A stretch of DNA of 64,000 bases from the human T2T-CHM13v2.0 reference genome, Homo sapiens. Each line of letters opens with the position of its first letter. The first letter of the stretch is position 1. The position numbers and the translations under genes were made by a program. The stretch is taken from the NCBI RefSeq assembly GCF_009914755.1, contig NC_060931.1, one strand, 5' to 3'. Positions 53,420-64,000 of the stretch are shown here, piece by piece. The notes beneath the pieces are model-generated. The model did not search any database. It saw nothing but the letters and a program-made list of their open reading frames with translations, and was not told where the DNA came from.

Positions 53420-55230
53420 GGTATAAATAAGCTGGAGGGAACACCATTTGTATGGATCTAGACTTCTTTGGATATACTCTGGTAGATCTTAATTTGGAAC
53501 TATGAAAATTATAAAAGTATAAAACAACATTGTTAAAAATGTCTCCCAAAATTGAAAGTACAGTGGAACAGATTAGCCTAAAAATGTATAGAGTTAGTTT
53601 CATTTCTATGCAGAATGGAACTAATCTAAGGATACTAAAATGTAGTTCTGGACTACACATCTCTTGTGGGAAATATATAAAGGAAAAAAATTAAGAATTG
53701 AATTCTTCATAAGCATATTAATGGTGATAGGGCGAGTGTTATTCTGAGACTCTTTTGTATGCAGTTTAGAAGATAAAGCAAGTTCGTAAATTTTGGTGTC
53801 ACAAAACTGTAGAATATTTGGCCTGGAGAAAAAGAGATACAGATGTAAGATCAATGAAGTTAAATAAAACTCTGTTAACTTGAATTTGAATTATAAGTAT
53901 CAGTATAAACTCATGAACTCATGTACTTTATAAATAACATGGTATACATACTCTAGGTGTCTTCGCTTCAGAGGCCAGGGAATAATAATGAACCCCATAG
54001 CAATGAGCATTCTTTCACTCAGGCTATGGTCTCTAAATACATTTTCACACAAACTTAAAATAATTTTTAAAATTATTTAAAAAATAGTCAAAGCAGGAAA
54101 GATACTACATGAGCCTGGAGTATACTGTTAGGCTACCAAGAAATGTGTCTATCAAAGGCTACTGGTGTCATGCCAAAAGGGCACAGAAGCCAAAGTTTTT
54201 CCCAATCGTCAAAAATGGGGTCATTGATTGTTAACATAAAGAATACTGCAATGGATTAAAAAACATCACGCATGTTTAAATCCATGCATGCATAGTAAAA
54301 CCTTTATTGTAAAAAATCCTCATCTTTGAATGATGAGAAGAAATTGACTTATTATTTTAAAACCAATAAACAGAGAGAAAACACCATTCACTGTGTTTTC
54401 TATGCTATTTGCACTCCAGTTGACCAAAGAGTTGATAAAAGAAAGTTTCTTCTTATAGAAGTATCCAAATAAAAATTAAGAAATATTAGAATTATATCAT
54501 CATTTTGCAATCTCTAATTAATTAATGGACCCAAGAAATTATCATCAATGACTGATAATAGCACAAAAACAGAGTAAAGCAGGCAATATATCCCTTCTAA
54601 TGGGAATGACCATGACCAACTATGAAATAGCCTTGCAAAACAAAACACACAAAAAACTAAATCTTATCCTGCCTCCATAGTAACTACAGAAAATATGGGA
54701 GGCAGAAGAATGTGTTAAGTAGCACCACGGTAATGTAATGAGCAAAATCTGGGGCTAACTACAGTATTTCTTCCATAAAAGATTGCCAGAAAAATAATAT
54801 AATGGAAGGTGAAACTCTGGTAAAAGAAACGTATGAGATATATTAACTAAGTGTAATCCACAGATCTTTCTAGGATTGCAAATGGCAGACAAACAAAAGT
54901 TATAAAAGTTACGAAATGTAAACCCTGGATATTTGATTATAATGTGGACTTACTGTTAATTTTCAGGTGTTATGTTGGTGGTGCTATGTGTAGAAAAGAG
55001 GCATTATGTTTTAGAGATTTACACTGAAATATTTATTCATGAAAAGGTGTAATACTTTCAATTTGCTTTAAAATAATCAGGGGTATGAGGAAGTGAGTTG
55101 TGTACAGATAAAACCAGATGGCTCAAAAGTTGATAACTGCTGACACTGGAGAGTGGAGAAATAGAACTTCACTCTACTTCTGTTGCTACATTTGTGTATT
55201 TTGAAGTTTTCTGTAAGAACATTTTTAAAA
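53420..55230 (+). mobile_element. L1MC4-like 3' end
   Basis: gagaaaaagagatacagatgtaagat...agcaatgagcatt...aactgcaatggatt-type block...tttgctttaaaataatc...gaagttttctgtaa. Confidence 0.75.
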
Positions 55231-57040
55231 GATACTATTTGGAAAGGGTTTAGTTAATTCATTGCAAAAATTTTCATTATATAGCCAGGAGCAATTACTG
55301 ACCCACTTATGCTTCAGTGAGCAGACTTGTTCCACAAACTGTTATTATACCTTATATGGCATTTTTTTCAGCCAAGTTGTATTGTCTCTTGTGCTCCCAC
55401 TGTCAACTCATAGATATGTAAACAAAAAGATTTTAGGTAAAAGTTACCAAAATTACTGGTTGCCATCACCTCTACCCATTCCCCACCCAGACGTGTAGAC
55501 TGTAAATAATTTAACAAATGGCTTATCAGTTTGGTTATGGCTTACCTATACATTAAAAACACAGTGTTCATAGTGTAAAACAACTCCTGGTACACTGTCG
55601 GATTCTGCTGTATTCTTAGGCACTCAGAATTACTGTATAGTACACCTTTCACTTCTGCCACTGAAACATGAATTTAAGGTTTATTATGGCTCTGGTATAG
55701 AATATGATGCTCCTACTTGTACAGTCACTAAATCAGTCTTCTATCAATTCAGACATCTTGGGAAATTAAAACAATTTTGCCTTTACTTGTTAACATTGCT
55801 TCATTTCCTTTTCATTTTGCAACTGCTGTATTGTATGTCACCGTCTAATAGATGACCAGATGGTGCTATTTGAAAGCTTCAATTTGTCCTAAAATTAAAT
55901 TCCAATGAAAAGAACATCAGGAAAATTCACATTAGTAAAAGTTATGTTTTCAAAACTTGCTGCTGCTACATTTAACTCATAATTATTTATAAATTCTCTT
56001 TATTATTTTAAAAGCAATTGAGAGAAATCTTCTTCGCTGAATGCATTTTCCTTGTAAATTGGAGCTAATGTGCAATAATATATTCCTTTTAATTAAAAGA
56101 GAGTGATGCATTTAAGTCATTAATTATAAATTAAGTTATTTTTGGATATTAATGCTATGTAATTTGTAGATTGAAATATTCATTAGTATAGAACTTGGGC
56201 TATTTTAATGTATCTGCACTGAGTTGAAGACATATTTTACTTGAATACTTGGGCACAAGAAAACAGACTGTCATGTCATCTACCATTGTTACACTAGTGC
56301 ATCTTTCTCAGCTCACAACTGTGGTTTTGTGTTTCCTTCTAGACCTGCTGGCAGAAAAGGAGAAATGCTGTACGAGGTTTATGAATAGGTCAGTTTGGTA
56401 TACAAACTGAAGCCCTAAGTGGACTGCTACTACTATTGCAGGGTTAGTGCTGAAAGACGGTGAGGAGGGAAAATTATCCCAATGAATAGAGGTTACAAGT
56501 TGTATGTGGTCATCCACTTTATTAGAAAAGTGGCCTGAGTTTAGAATTTAAAACATCTCATGGGAAATATGTAAGGGCTTGGTTGATTGTTCACGGGCCT
56601 GGAAAGAGAAAGTTTGAAAGATTAGAGACAACAAGCTCTGGGTAATAAGCTGTGAATGAACTGATAAGACTGGAATGTGAAGCTCTGTGTATTATATACT
56701 AGGGCCTCCTACATTGCATTGTCTATGTAAGAAGAACTCAACGATCACATAGAAAGTGATTTGGCTATTAGTTCTTAGCCTGCCTCTGATATCAGCCATT
56801 CAATTGCTGGCATGATGGACTTGTGACCAGAATAGTCATAGTAGCAGGAAATGGCCCAACATAATGGGTTTTCACTCACCAATCCTAATTTAACTACTTT
56901 TGCTACCAAATTTCCAACATGCCAGCAACAGAGATCAAAGCTGAGGCCATAATTCAGCATTGTTTCCCAAGAAGACTCGAGATATTTTGTGGCAAATTGG
57001 TCTCATTAAACCACTTCCACTCGGGAGGGGGCAGCAGTTC

Positions 57041-57142
57041 AGTTTGACTTGAATGAAAATATATTAGTGTTATGAATGTATCTTTCCTGTCTACAGGGAA
57101 GACAAGTTCATAATGGTAATGTGTTTTGATTCAAGTCAAACT
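57041..57142. repeat. 102 bp inverted repeat (50 bp arms, 2 nt spacer)
   Basis: agtttgacttgaat...tttcctgt ct acagggaa...attcaagtcaaact; 40/50 Watson-Crick pairs. Confidence 0.93.
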
Positions 57143-57157
57143 ACTATTCCAGGGCTA

Positions 57158-57378
57158 ATAGAGTATTTGAGTCATTAGTATAGAATCCTATCTAATATAT
57201 CACACAGAGGTTATAGAGTACTTGAGTCATTAGTATAGAATCCTATCTAATATCATATCACACAGAGGTTATAGAGTACTTGAGTCATTAGTATAGAATC
57301 CTATCTAATATCACACAGAGGTTATAGAGTACTTGAGTCATTAGTATAGAATCCTATCTAATATCATATCACACAGAG
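57158..57378 (+). repeat. Tandem repeat, 4 units of 53-58 bp
   Basis: atagagtacttgagtcattagtatagaatcctatctaat(atc)atatcacacagaggtt; units start 57158, 57213, 57271, 57324. Confidence 0.97.
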
Positions 57379-57952
57379 AAGACACTTTACAGCAAAAGAC
57401 AAGCAACCCTGGGCATCTGACTCTTGGCTACACTCATCCTATTTTATATATTAGGAAACAAAGCGTAGAAGTTGGAATAGTCCCTCTTAGTTGTACTTGC
57501 AATGACCCATGTGGGCACAAATGTGCTTTCCATCACCACAATTCTGAGCTCTAATGTTTATATGCATACAGAATACCAGGGAAAGAATATTTCTACCAGG
57601 GGACACAGCAAGAATCTCACTAAACTTTAAGCTATAGTTGCCATTTGGTCAACAAGAAGCTAGCAGGGAGTGGACTAATTATTCTGGCCAAAGCAAATAA
57701 CACTAACCATCAGGAGGAAGCAAGGCTGCTGTGATAAAACGGGGGTAGGATGAAAAGTTCATAGTATGCAGTCAAGCTACTGTGGCATCATTTGGTATTG
57801 TCCTGGCCAATTTAGATATTAATTAACCAATGCAGCAGTCACAGCCTGAGAAAGACAAAGTACCAGGACTCACAGCCCTCAGGAATAAGGGCATGGATTA
57901 CCCATCATGTAAGTAACCTAGGCCAGCAGAGGTGCTAATAGAGAAGAGAATT

Positions 57953-58042
57953 TCCCACAGCCATAGCACCCTGAACACACCAAATCTCATTTGATCTCAG
58001 AAGCTAAGCAGGGATGGGCCTAGTTAGTACTTGCATGGGAGA
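57953..58042 (+). pseudogene. 5S rRNA retropseudogene, 3'-truncated at about nt 90 and tailless
   Basis: cagccatagcaccctgaacacaccaaatctcatttgatctcagaagctaagcagggatgggcctagttagtacttgcatgggaga aligns to 5S rRNA nt 1-90 with CpG decay; TSD gagaagagaattt / gagaagagtatct. Confidence 0.95.
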
Positions 58043-58102
58043 AGAGTATCTTGACTGGGCAGAAGAGAGATGATGAACATGTAAGGTGCAAGAGGCATTC
58101 TG

Positions 58103-58484
58103 CGATGGATGCTGTGGTGTCTGGCTCAGATCTTAATTCAGGATGGAACAATCACTACCCCAATCTCTGGGAGTACTGGCAGTTGATGTCACAGCTATAT
58201 CCTTCCCAGACAATTGCTTTCAGACAAGGAGCAGGAAACAATAGTTTACTATTTTTTTTCAATCCAGAACATCTCTGACCGGCCAGGTTCAGAGCTATCA
58301 CTGAGGCTCTGCTAAAGTCGCTTTTGTAACTGTAGCACAGTTCATCTTCTCTCTTTGCCCAACTCTCCTTCTTTCGCTTCTTTGTGGGTGTCCTCCTCCT
58401 GCCCCACCAGGAGTATTTTCCAGTAAAAAACTTGCATGCAAATCTTTAGCTTGGAGTCTATTTTCTAAAAAATAAACTTACTGC
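58103..58484 (+). mobile_element. LTR16-like ERVL LTR (3' LTR of the remnant)
   Basis: tgcacagttca-type block, tttgcccaactctccttc, ccagtaaaaaacttgcatgcaaatctttagcttggagtctattttc. Confidence 0.7.
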
Positions 58485-58642
58485 ATCAGGCTTAAACTAT
58501 AAATTGGTTTTGATTTATTGGTTTAAAACACTTTAAAAATATTACTCTATTACAAGTCTTATTTTACACAGAGAACTTCACAGTATGTAATGGGAAGATA
58601 CTATGATTTTGTTACTTTATTTGTTTAACATTGACCTTTGAA

Positions 58643-58647
<5 letters not shown>

Positions 58648-58683
<36 letters not shown>
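58648..58683 (+). repeat. (GT)18 microsatellite
   Basis: Pure dinucleotide run. Confidence 0.97.
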
Positions 58684-58688
<5 letters not shown>

Positions 58689-59124
58689 AGCTTCCCATGC
58701 TCAGTAATTCAGCTAAGAAATTACAGGGGAATTGCAGTAGGTGTTTGTATGAACTCCAGAGGATTATATATTTTGCCTCAGAAGATGGCTAAAGGACACT
58801 GAAGATAACTGCAAAGCACCAAACGGCCATAAATCAGACATAAAAACAACACGGTATAAAAAATTACTTTATTTACAGTGGGTCCCCCAGATGTTAAAGA
58901 AAAGCTAGTTTATATGCCATAGCATCAACTGCAATTATTCAATTTTCTCTCTTTAAGATACTTGACATTTTACTTTAAAAAAGCGAAATTCTGATTATGC
59001 TTCATTCTGTTATCACTTGATTCATTCATCCAATACTCATTACATGGTGAATATTCCTTCTGATTTAAGGCATGAAGCCTCATGTTAATCTCCAAAATGT
59101 AAATCTTTCCTTAAAATACACGAG

Positions 59125-59290
59125 AACTTGTAACGCAAAGTGTAGTCTGTGCATCTGCACTAACAGCAGCACTTAGTAGCTTGCAGACATGCGAAATTCC
59201 CACTGTAGACCTCTAAAAACAGAATCTGCATTTTAGCAAGACTACCCCAAAATATTATATACACATTAAAGTTTGTTTGAGAATTACTGC
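59125..59290. mobile_element. MER5-family hAT MITE
   Basis: caaagtgtagtc...cagcacttagtagcttg...cagaatctgcattttagcaaga...cacattaaagtttg...gagaattactg. Confidence 0.75.
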
Positions 59291-59689
59291 ATTAGAGAAA
59301 AATTAATTCTAGAGCTTTATCAGAACAAAGTTTTCTAATTTCACTCGAAAAACAAATTTCACTTGAATGAAATTAGAGGTTCTACTGCAAAAATCCAGGC
59401 TGATCACCAGCTAGGACATCTGCATGGCTACTTACTCTCAAAGGCTTAGGGGAAATATTACTTCAACTGGGAGGTGTGCACTTTTCCCTAAACAAAAATA
59501 AGGCCTCTTCTCTCTGCACTGGATATTTCTAATGACTCCACATTTTCCTTATCACAGAACACAGCACACAAGAAAAGGTGTCTGTCTTTCCTGTGTAATG
59601 GACAGGTTTTGAATCGTGGGCCCAGAAGGATTGTCTGGTAAGTTCCCCTTTTTATTTCCACCTGCATGTTGCCGCAGTAGCTGTGGTGA

Positions 59690-60110
59690 TACTAATTTGT
59701 GCCCTTTTCTCTGTCCATAGACGACTGGTCGAATGGCAAGCATCTTACTCAAATAGAGTCATAAGGTCTCTTCTCTGGGAATTTTAGCCCTTGGAAATTA
59801 TGTGGGCACCTGGACTATCACATATACACTGGGGAGCTGTATGTGGTAGCCATTTTCTGCTACAAGATCTAAGAAACAGAAGTTAGTTTGCAATGAAAGA
59901 TTAATAATACAACAGGTACTCACAAAGAGGAGAAGTAAGGAAAATGGAAAACAATTTGAGTTTTCTAATATCAATGTAGGCCTTTGTTTCATTCTAAGGT
60001 TGCATCCTCCTCTTGAAACCTATGCAGAATCCCATTTTATTACCAAATTTTTCTTTCTCTTGAGTAGAAATTGGGTATCTACCATTTGCAACCAAAACAT
60101 TATTAATATA
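59690..60110 (+). mobile_element. Old MaLR LTR (MLT1K/L-like)
   Basis: tcttctctgggaatttt...tggtagccattttctg...gaaattgggtatctaccatttgcaaccaaaa. Confidence 0.55.
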
Positions 60111-60199
60111 CCTTAGAACATTAGGAGCTTTGTGAAAATAAGATCAATTTTATATGATTTGGGTTGCAATGACCCTTCTCCTTCTATCAGGCAGTATTG

Positions 60200-61110
60200 G
60201 ACACATTACCCAAAGCTTGGATAGAGTATTCATTTTATACTGGACACAGTAGAACATTCAAGAGAAAAGCACCACTGTCATTTCAATAGACACCAGAAAG
60301 GTGTTTTTAAAATTTACATCTTGTTCCTGATATAAGTATTTGACATACAAGGAATAGAAAGAAATAATACCTGATTTAGTGATTCTATCTAAAACCTTCA
60401 GCAAGCAAAATAAATTCTTATGAAGCAGTAGAAGTATTTCCAATAAATTCAGGGCCATTTAAGAAAGTACCACAAAATAAAAGGATATAAGATTAAATAT
60501 ATAAAAACCCCAAATTCTCCTATAAAAATTAATAATTAATTATAAAAATGCAAAAAAGAAAAATCCCTTTAAAACAGCAACAAAAATCAATAAAGTATGC
60601 ATGTACTAAAACAGAAATGGACAAGACATATGTTGAGAAAACTTTAAAAAATACAATAAAGAAAAATTAGATCTAGCCCATATTCATAAATAATAAACAT
60701 GGTACACATTTAGTTTTCAAATCAACCTATATATGTACTACAATTTTAATCAAAGTTGTTCTGAAGATCTTTTATGGGACTTGCCAAGTTGATTCTATAA
60801 TCAGTATGTCAGCTTAGCAAGACCAGCTTTGGAAATGAAAAAAGATGGGGACTTACTCTATCAAATGCCAAAATATCTTATAAATTTAGATAATTTAAAA
60901 AATCAAGTTTGAATGAAGTCTCTATCTCATATCTTTCTAAACTATAACTTCCACATTTACTGAACATTAAGGAAAAATATTGGCAGAATACAATAAAAAA
61001 TGTTTATGATTTTAAGGCAAGGAAGGCCATCTTATGCTCCAAAAATGAAGCAAGATCTCTGAAGTAAAATATTTTAATTGACAAAAGTAAACTACTATAT
61101 GGTAAATAAC
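60200..61110 (+). mobile_element. Decayed L1ME ORF2 fragments
   Basis: gtcatttcaatagacaccagaaaggtgttt...acttgccaagttgattcta...gggacttactctatcaaat. Confidence 0.6.
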
Positions 61111-62049
61111 ATTATCAGCAAATTTAACAACACAAAAACCCTTAAAATAATTAACATTAAGCCCCCAAATCCCACAAAAAGAAAAAAATTGCCAAAAGCT
61201 CCACACCCAACACGAGTTACAAACTAGAAATGCAAGTATTATTAATCTTCCTAATACAGGGAAACAAAAACAACAATAATAAAACACTAATTTTTATAAT
61301 AACTAGCATATGTAAAGGTTTGGTGAAATTGATACCTTATATATACTCCTATCGGCGTGCAAAAGCCATTTTGGAGAAAAATGAGGCAGAATATTATTAC
61401 GTTTTGTTTCCAAAAGCCCACTGGAAAATAAAAAACAGACACTAGGCTTCTATTAACAGGGAAAGTGGGCAATTGCTGAAGGTAATTCACTCAAGCCAAT
61501 TATGACAAGCTAATTCACCAAATAGCCAAATTGCAAAAGTCAATTCATAGAAAAATCAATTTGGCAAATTTAAATTAAGACAAATATTTTTAAAGTTTAC
61601 AATAATTTAAATTGCATGAAAAATTTAAACAAACATTTTGTTTTGGATAGTTGACACATTTTTTATTTTTATTTTCTTGACAGAATTATAAGGAATGTCC
61701 ATTTGTGCTTTAGCAACTTGAAGCTTCAGTGAAAAGAATCAGAACACAGAGAAAACTTGCTGCTAGGACAAAAATGAAGGAAAGAATCATCCCAGGATGG
61801 TGATACTCGGGTTACAGGTGAGCGAGGGGCACAAAGAAGGGAAGCCAGAAGGGCATATATTTAGAACATGATCACCACCTTCTGAAAAGTGAAATATTTT
61901 TCATTTCTAAATAACTCAACTTAAATTTTGCAGAAATCTGCAAAAGCTGACAAAATTATCTTACGTCCTCAAATTTGTGTAAGTACTATAAGTAATTTTT
62001 AAATTATTAAATTTTATTGCATTGGAAATTGACAAATTATAACTGCATA

Positions 62050-62290
62050 AAGAATTATTGTATGATCCAGCAATTCCACAGTTGGGTGTACATTCAAAGG
62101 ACATAAAATCATTATGTAAAGCGATATCTGCACCGCCATGTTCATTAAAGCATTGTTCAAATTACCTGAGTTATGGAATCAGCCTGTATCTGTCAACAGA
62201 TGAATGGAGAAAGAAAATGTGCTATCTATACACAATGAAATACTATTTAGCCTTTAAAAAGAAGGAAATAAAATCATTGTTACAACATAA
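62050..62290 (+). mobile_element. L1MA-type ORF2 C-terminal fragment
   Basis: tatgatccagcaattccac (YDPAIP)...acagatgaatggagaaagaaaatgtg...tactatttagcctttaaaaagaaggaaat. Confidence 0.85.
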
Positions 62291-62477
62291 ATAGTTAAAA
62301 TGTAAAAAGTAAACATTGCAAAATGTTTATTTGACAAATTGATTAGTTGGCAAAATGCCTTTCAGTGAATTGGCTTTGGTAAAATGGCTAAACAGATTGT
62401 GGCATAGTCAATGAAACAATGCATTATAGTTTAAAAGAATGAGGTAGATCACACAATGTGATATGATACTTTAAATA

Positions 62478-62594
62478 AAGTAATTAGTAAATTAGTAAAA
62501 AGTGAATTAGTAAAAAGTAATTAATAAAATTAAATAAAAAATAAAATAAAAAGTAATTAGTAAAATTAGTAAAGTAATTAGTAAAAAGTAAAAA
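62478..62594 (+). repeat. Low-complexity (AATTAGTAAA)-like repeat
   Basis: Repeated aattagtaaa / aaaagta words. Confidence 0.8.
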
Positions 62595-63247
62595 CCACAC
62601 AAAACAAAATGGCACATTTCTTTAGGTACAAAGAGTTAGGATACACTTTCAAATAATGATAGACTGTCTTTGGGAGAGGAGAGACTTTTGCCCCAAATCT
62701 TATAAGTAAAATTTAATATCTTTTTCAGATGATTAAAATTAAATTTACATTTATATGTAGCAGGAAATTTAATTTATATCTTCCCCTTATCTTGAGACTT
62801 TGCCAAAGGTCCCATGCTAAGACCATGACTGCTGAGGCCCCAAACACTCTAGAGCAAGGTGATAGACCACAACACTGACTCAGTGGTAATGTAACAGAAC
62901 TTGTGGACTTTGGCTCATACTCAGCTGCAAGCTGTGCAGAGTTGAAAAAAAATCAAGGAAGCATTTAGGAGGGCAAGGTCAATAAGTAGGTATTCACTTT
63001 TTGGCCCAAAACTGGGCCAAAAGAGTGTTGGACACCCTCCCACTTCTTCTCTAGGAAATTGCCAAGTGCTTTCCCTGCACATAAATTAAGCCAGGTAGGG
63101 GTGACGTGACTTGGAATCTTCTGCTGCCACAGGAGTATGATGGTCCAGAGAATTTGAGAATGTAAACAGTGTCCCTTGGTCTTGCAGAAGTACCAATTAC
63201 TACTGTGCTTGACTGAAGAATCAATAAAAATTGTTGAGGGATGCTGC

Positions 63248-63709
63248 TGTGATAAGCAGAATAATGACCTCCTCCCTGAAAAATGTCTATGTCATAATCC
63301 CCAGAACTTAAATGACAAAAGGGAAATCAAAGATATGATTAAGTTAAGAATCTTGAATGGTTAGATTGTCCTGGAATAATCACAAGGGACTTTATAAGAA
63401 AGAGACGGGAGTATCAGGATGAGAGAAGTAAATATGACAATGGAAGCAAAGGTTGGAGTGATGTGCTTTGAAAGTGGAGGAAAGGGCCACAAGACCAGGG
63501 GTGCACGCCACCTCTAGGGGCTGGAAAAGAAAACGGATTTTCCACGAGAGACTCCAGAACAAGTGTAGCCCTATTAACATCCCAATTTCAGTCCCATAAA
63601 ATTAATTCTGAATGTCTGACTTCCAGAACTCTAAGATAAGTAATTTCCTCTATTTTAAGCAAAAAAAAAAAAATGTGTAGTAATTTATCATAGCAACAGC
63701 AGGAATACA
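63248..63709 (+). mobile_element. MLT1D-like solo LTR
   Basis: tgtgataagcagaataatg...gatatgattaagttaagaatcttga...tctgacttccagaact...gtaatttatcatagcaacagcagg. Confidence 0.85.
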
Positions 63710-64000
63710 GCTACTGACCTCAGGTGACAATCGGTGTTGAATAAGTCATGTATATGTCCTTCCATCCTTCCTTCCTGTGTCATCTGATCCTGGATGAAAT
63801 AGAAACAAAAGCAGGTTAAAAGACAGGGGGGAAAGAAAAATGACCATAACAGCGAAGAAAATAAAGAAGAAAAGAGCCCAAAGGGAAGAAAACAGACCAC
63901 ACCCATTTTCCCACTTCAGATTCTCCAGTCTGTGTCAGTCTTGAGCTGAGGAACAGCAGAGAACTTTTGAATTAAGATACAGAACATTTGATTTAGATCA

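Larger units (their letters stand above)
56320..58100 (+). mobile_element. ERVL internal remnant (ERV3-16A3-like pol region)
   Basis: aagtggactgct...ctgaaagacggtgaggagggaaaattatcccaatg...ccaacatgccagcaacagagatcaaagctgag...cactttacagcaaaaga. Confidence 0.75.

Noticed and set aside
54055-54290. AT palindrome and atggatt...aatccat hairpin
   Set aside because: Low complexity or intrinsic to the L1MC4 3' end
57953-58042. Functional 5S rRNA gene
   Set aside because: Lacks the last ~30 nt and terminator, CpG-decayed, solitary and TSD-flanked

Overview
AT-rich, repeat-dominated primate genomic DNA (probably human or another catarrhine, given Alu S/J, LTR12, LTR8 and THE1). It is intergenic or deep-intronic. 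I find no credible protein-coding gene: the listed ORFs are Alu, L1, LTR or low-complexity translations. Contents are about 10 Alu-family elements, several L1s (L1MC/ME remnants, an L1MA5-like copy, a near-full-length decayed L1PA15/16-like copy), HAL1, MaLR/ERVL/ERV1 LTRs (including an LTR12 nested in LTR8 and a two-LTR MLT1J-like provirus), a tailless 5S rRNA retropseudogene and two VNTRs. The most unusual structure is at 26.4-30.6 kb. There one unique ~340 bp segment carrying AP-1/FOX/MEIS-like motifs has been copied at least three times into an adjacent TA-rich minisatellite: an old ~88% direct copy, an inverted fragment, and a young 98.8% copy with a fold-back junction that seeded new repeat units. 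Other local template-switch products occur elsewhere: a 70 bp palindrome, a 102 nt pre-miRNA-like hairpin and an inverted self-copy inside an L1. There is also a 53 bp TSD-flanked micro-retrocopy. Repeat subfamily names come from remembered consensus sequences, not a RepeatMasker run, and boundaries of old elements are approximate.
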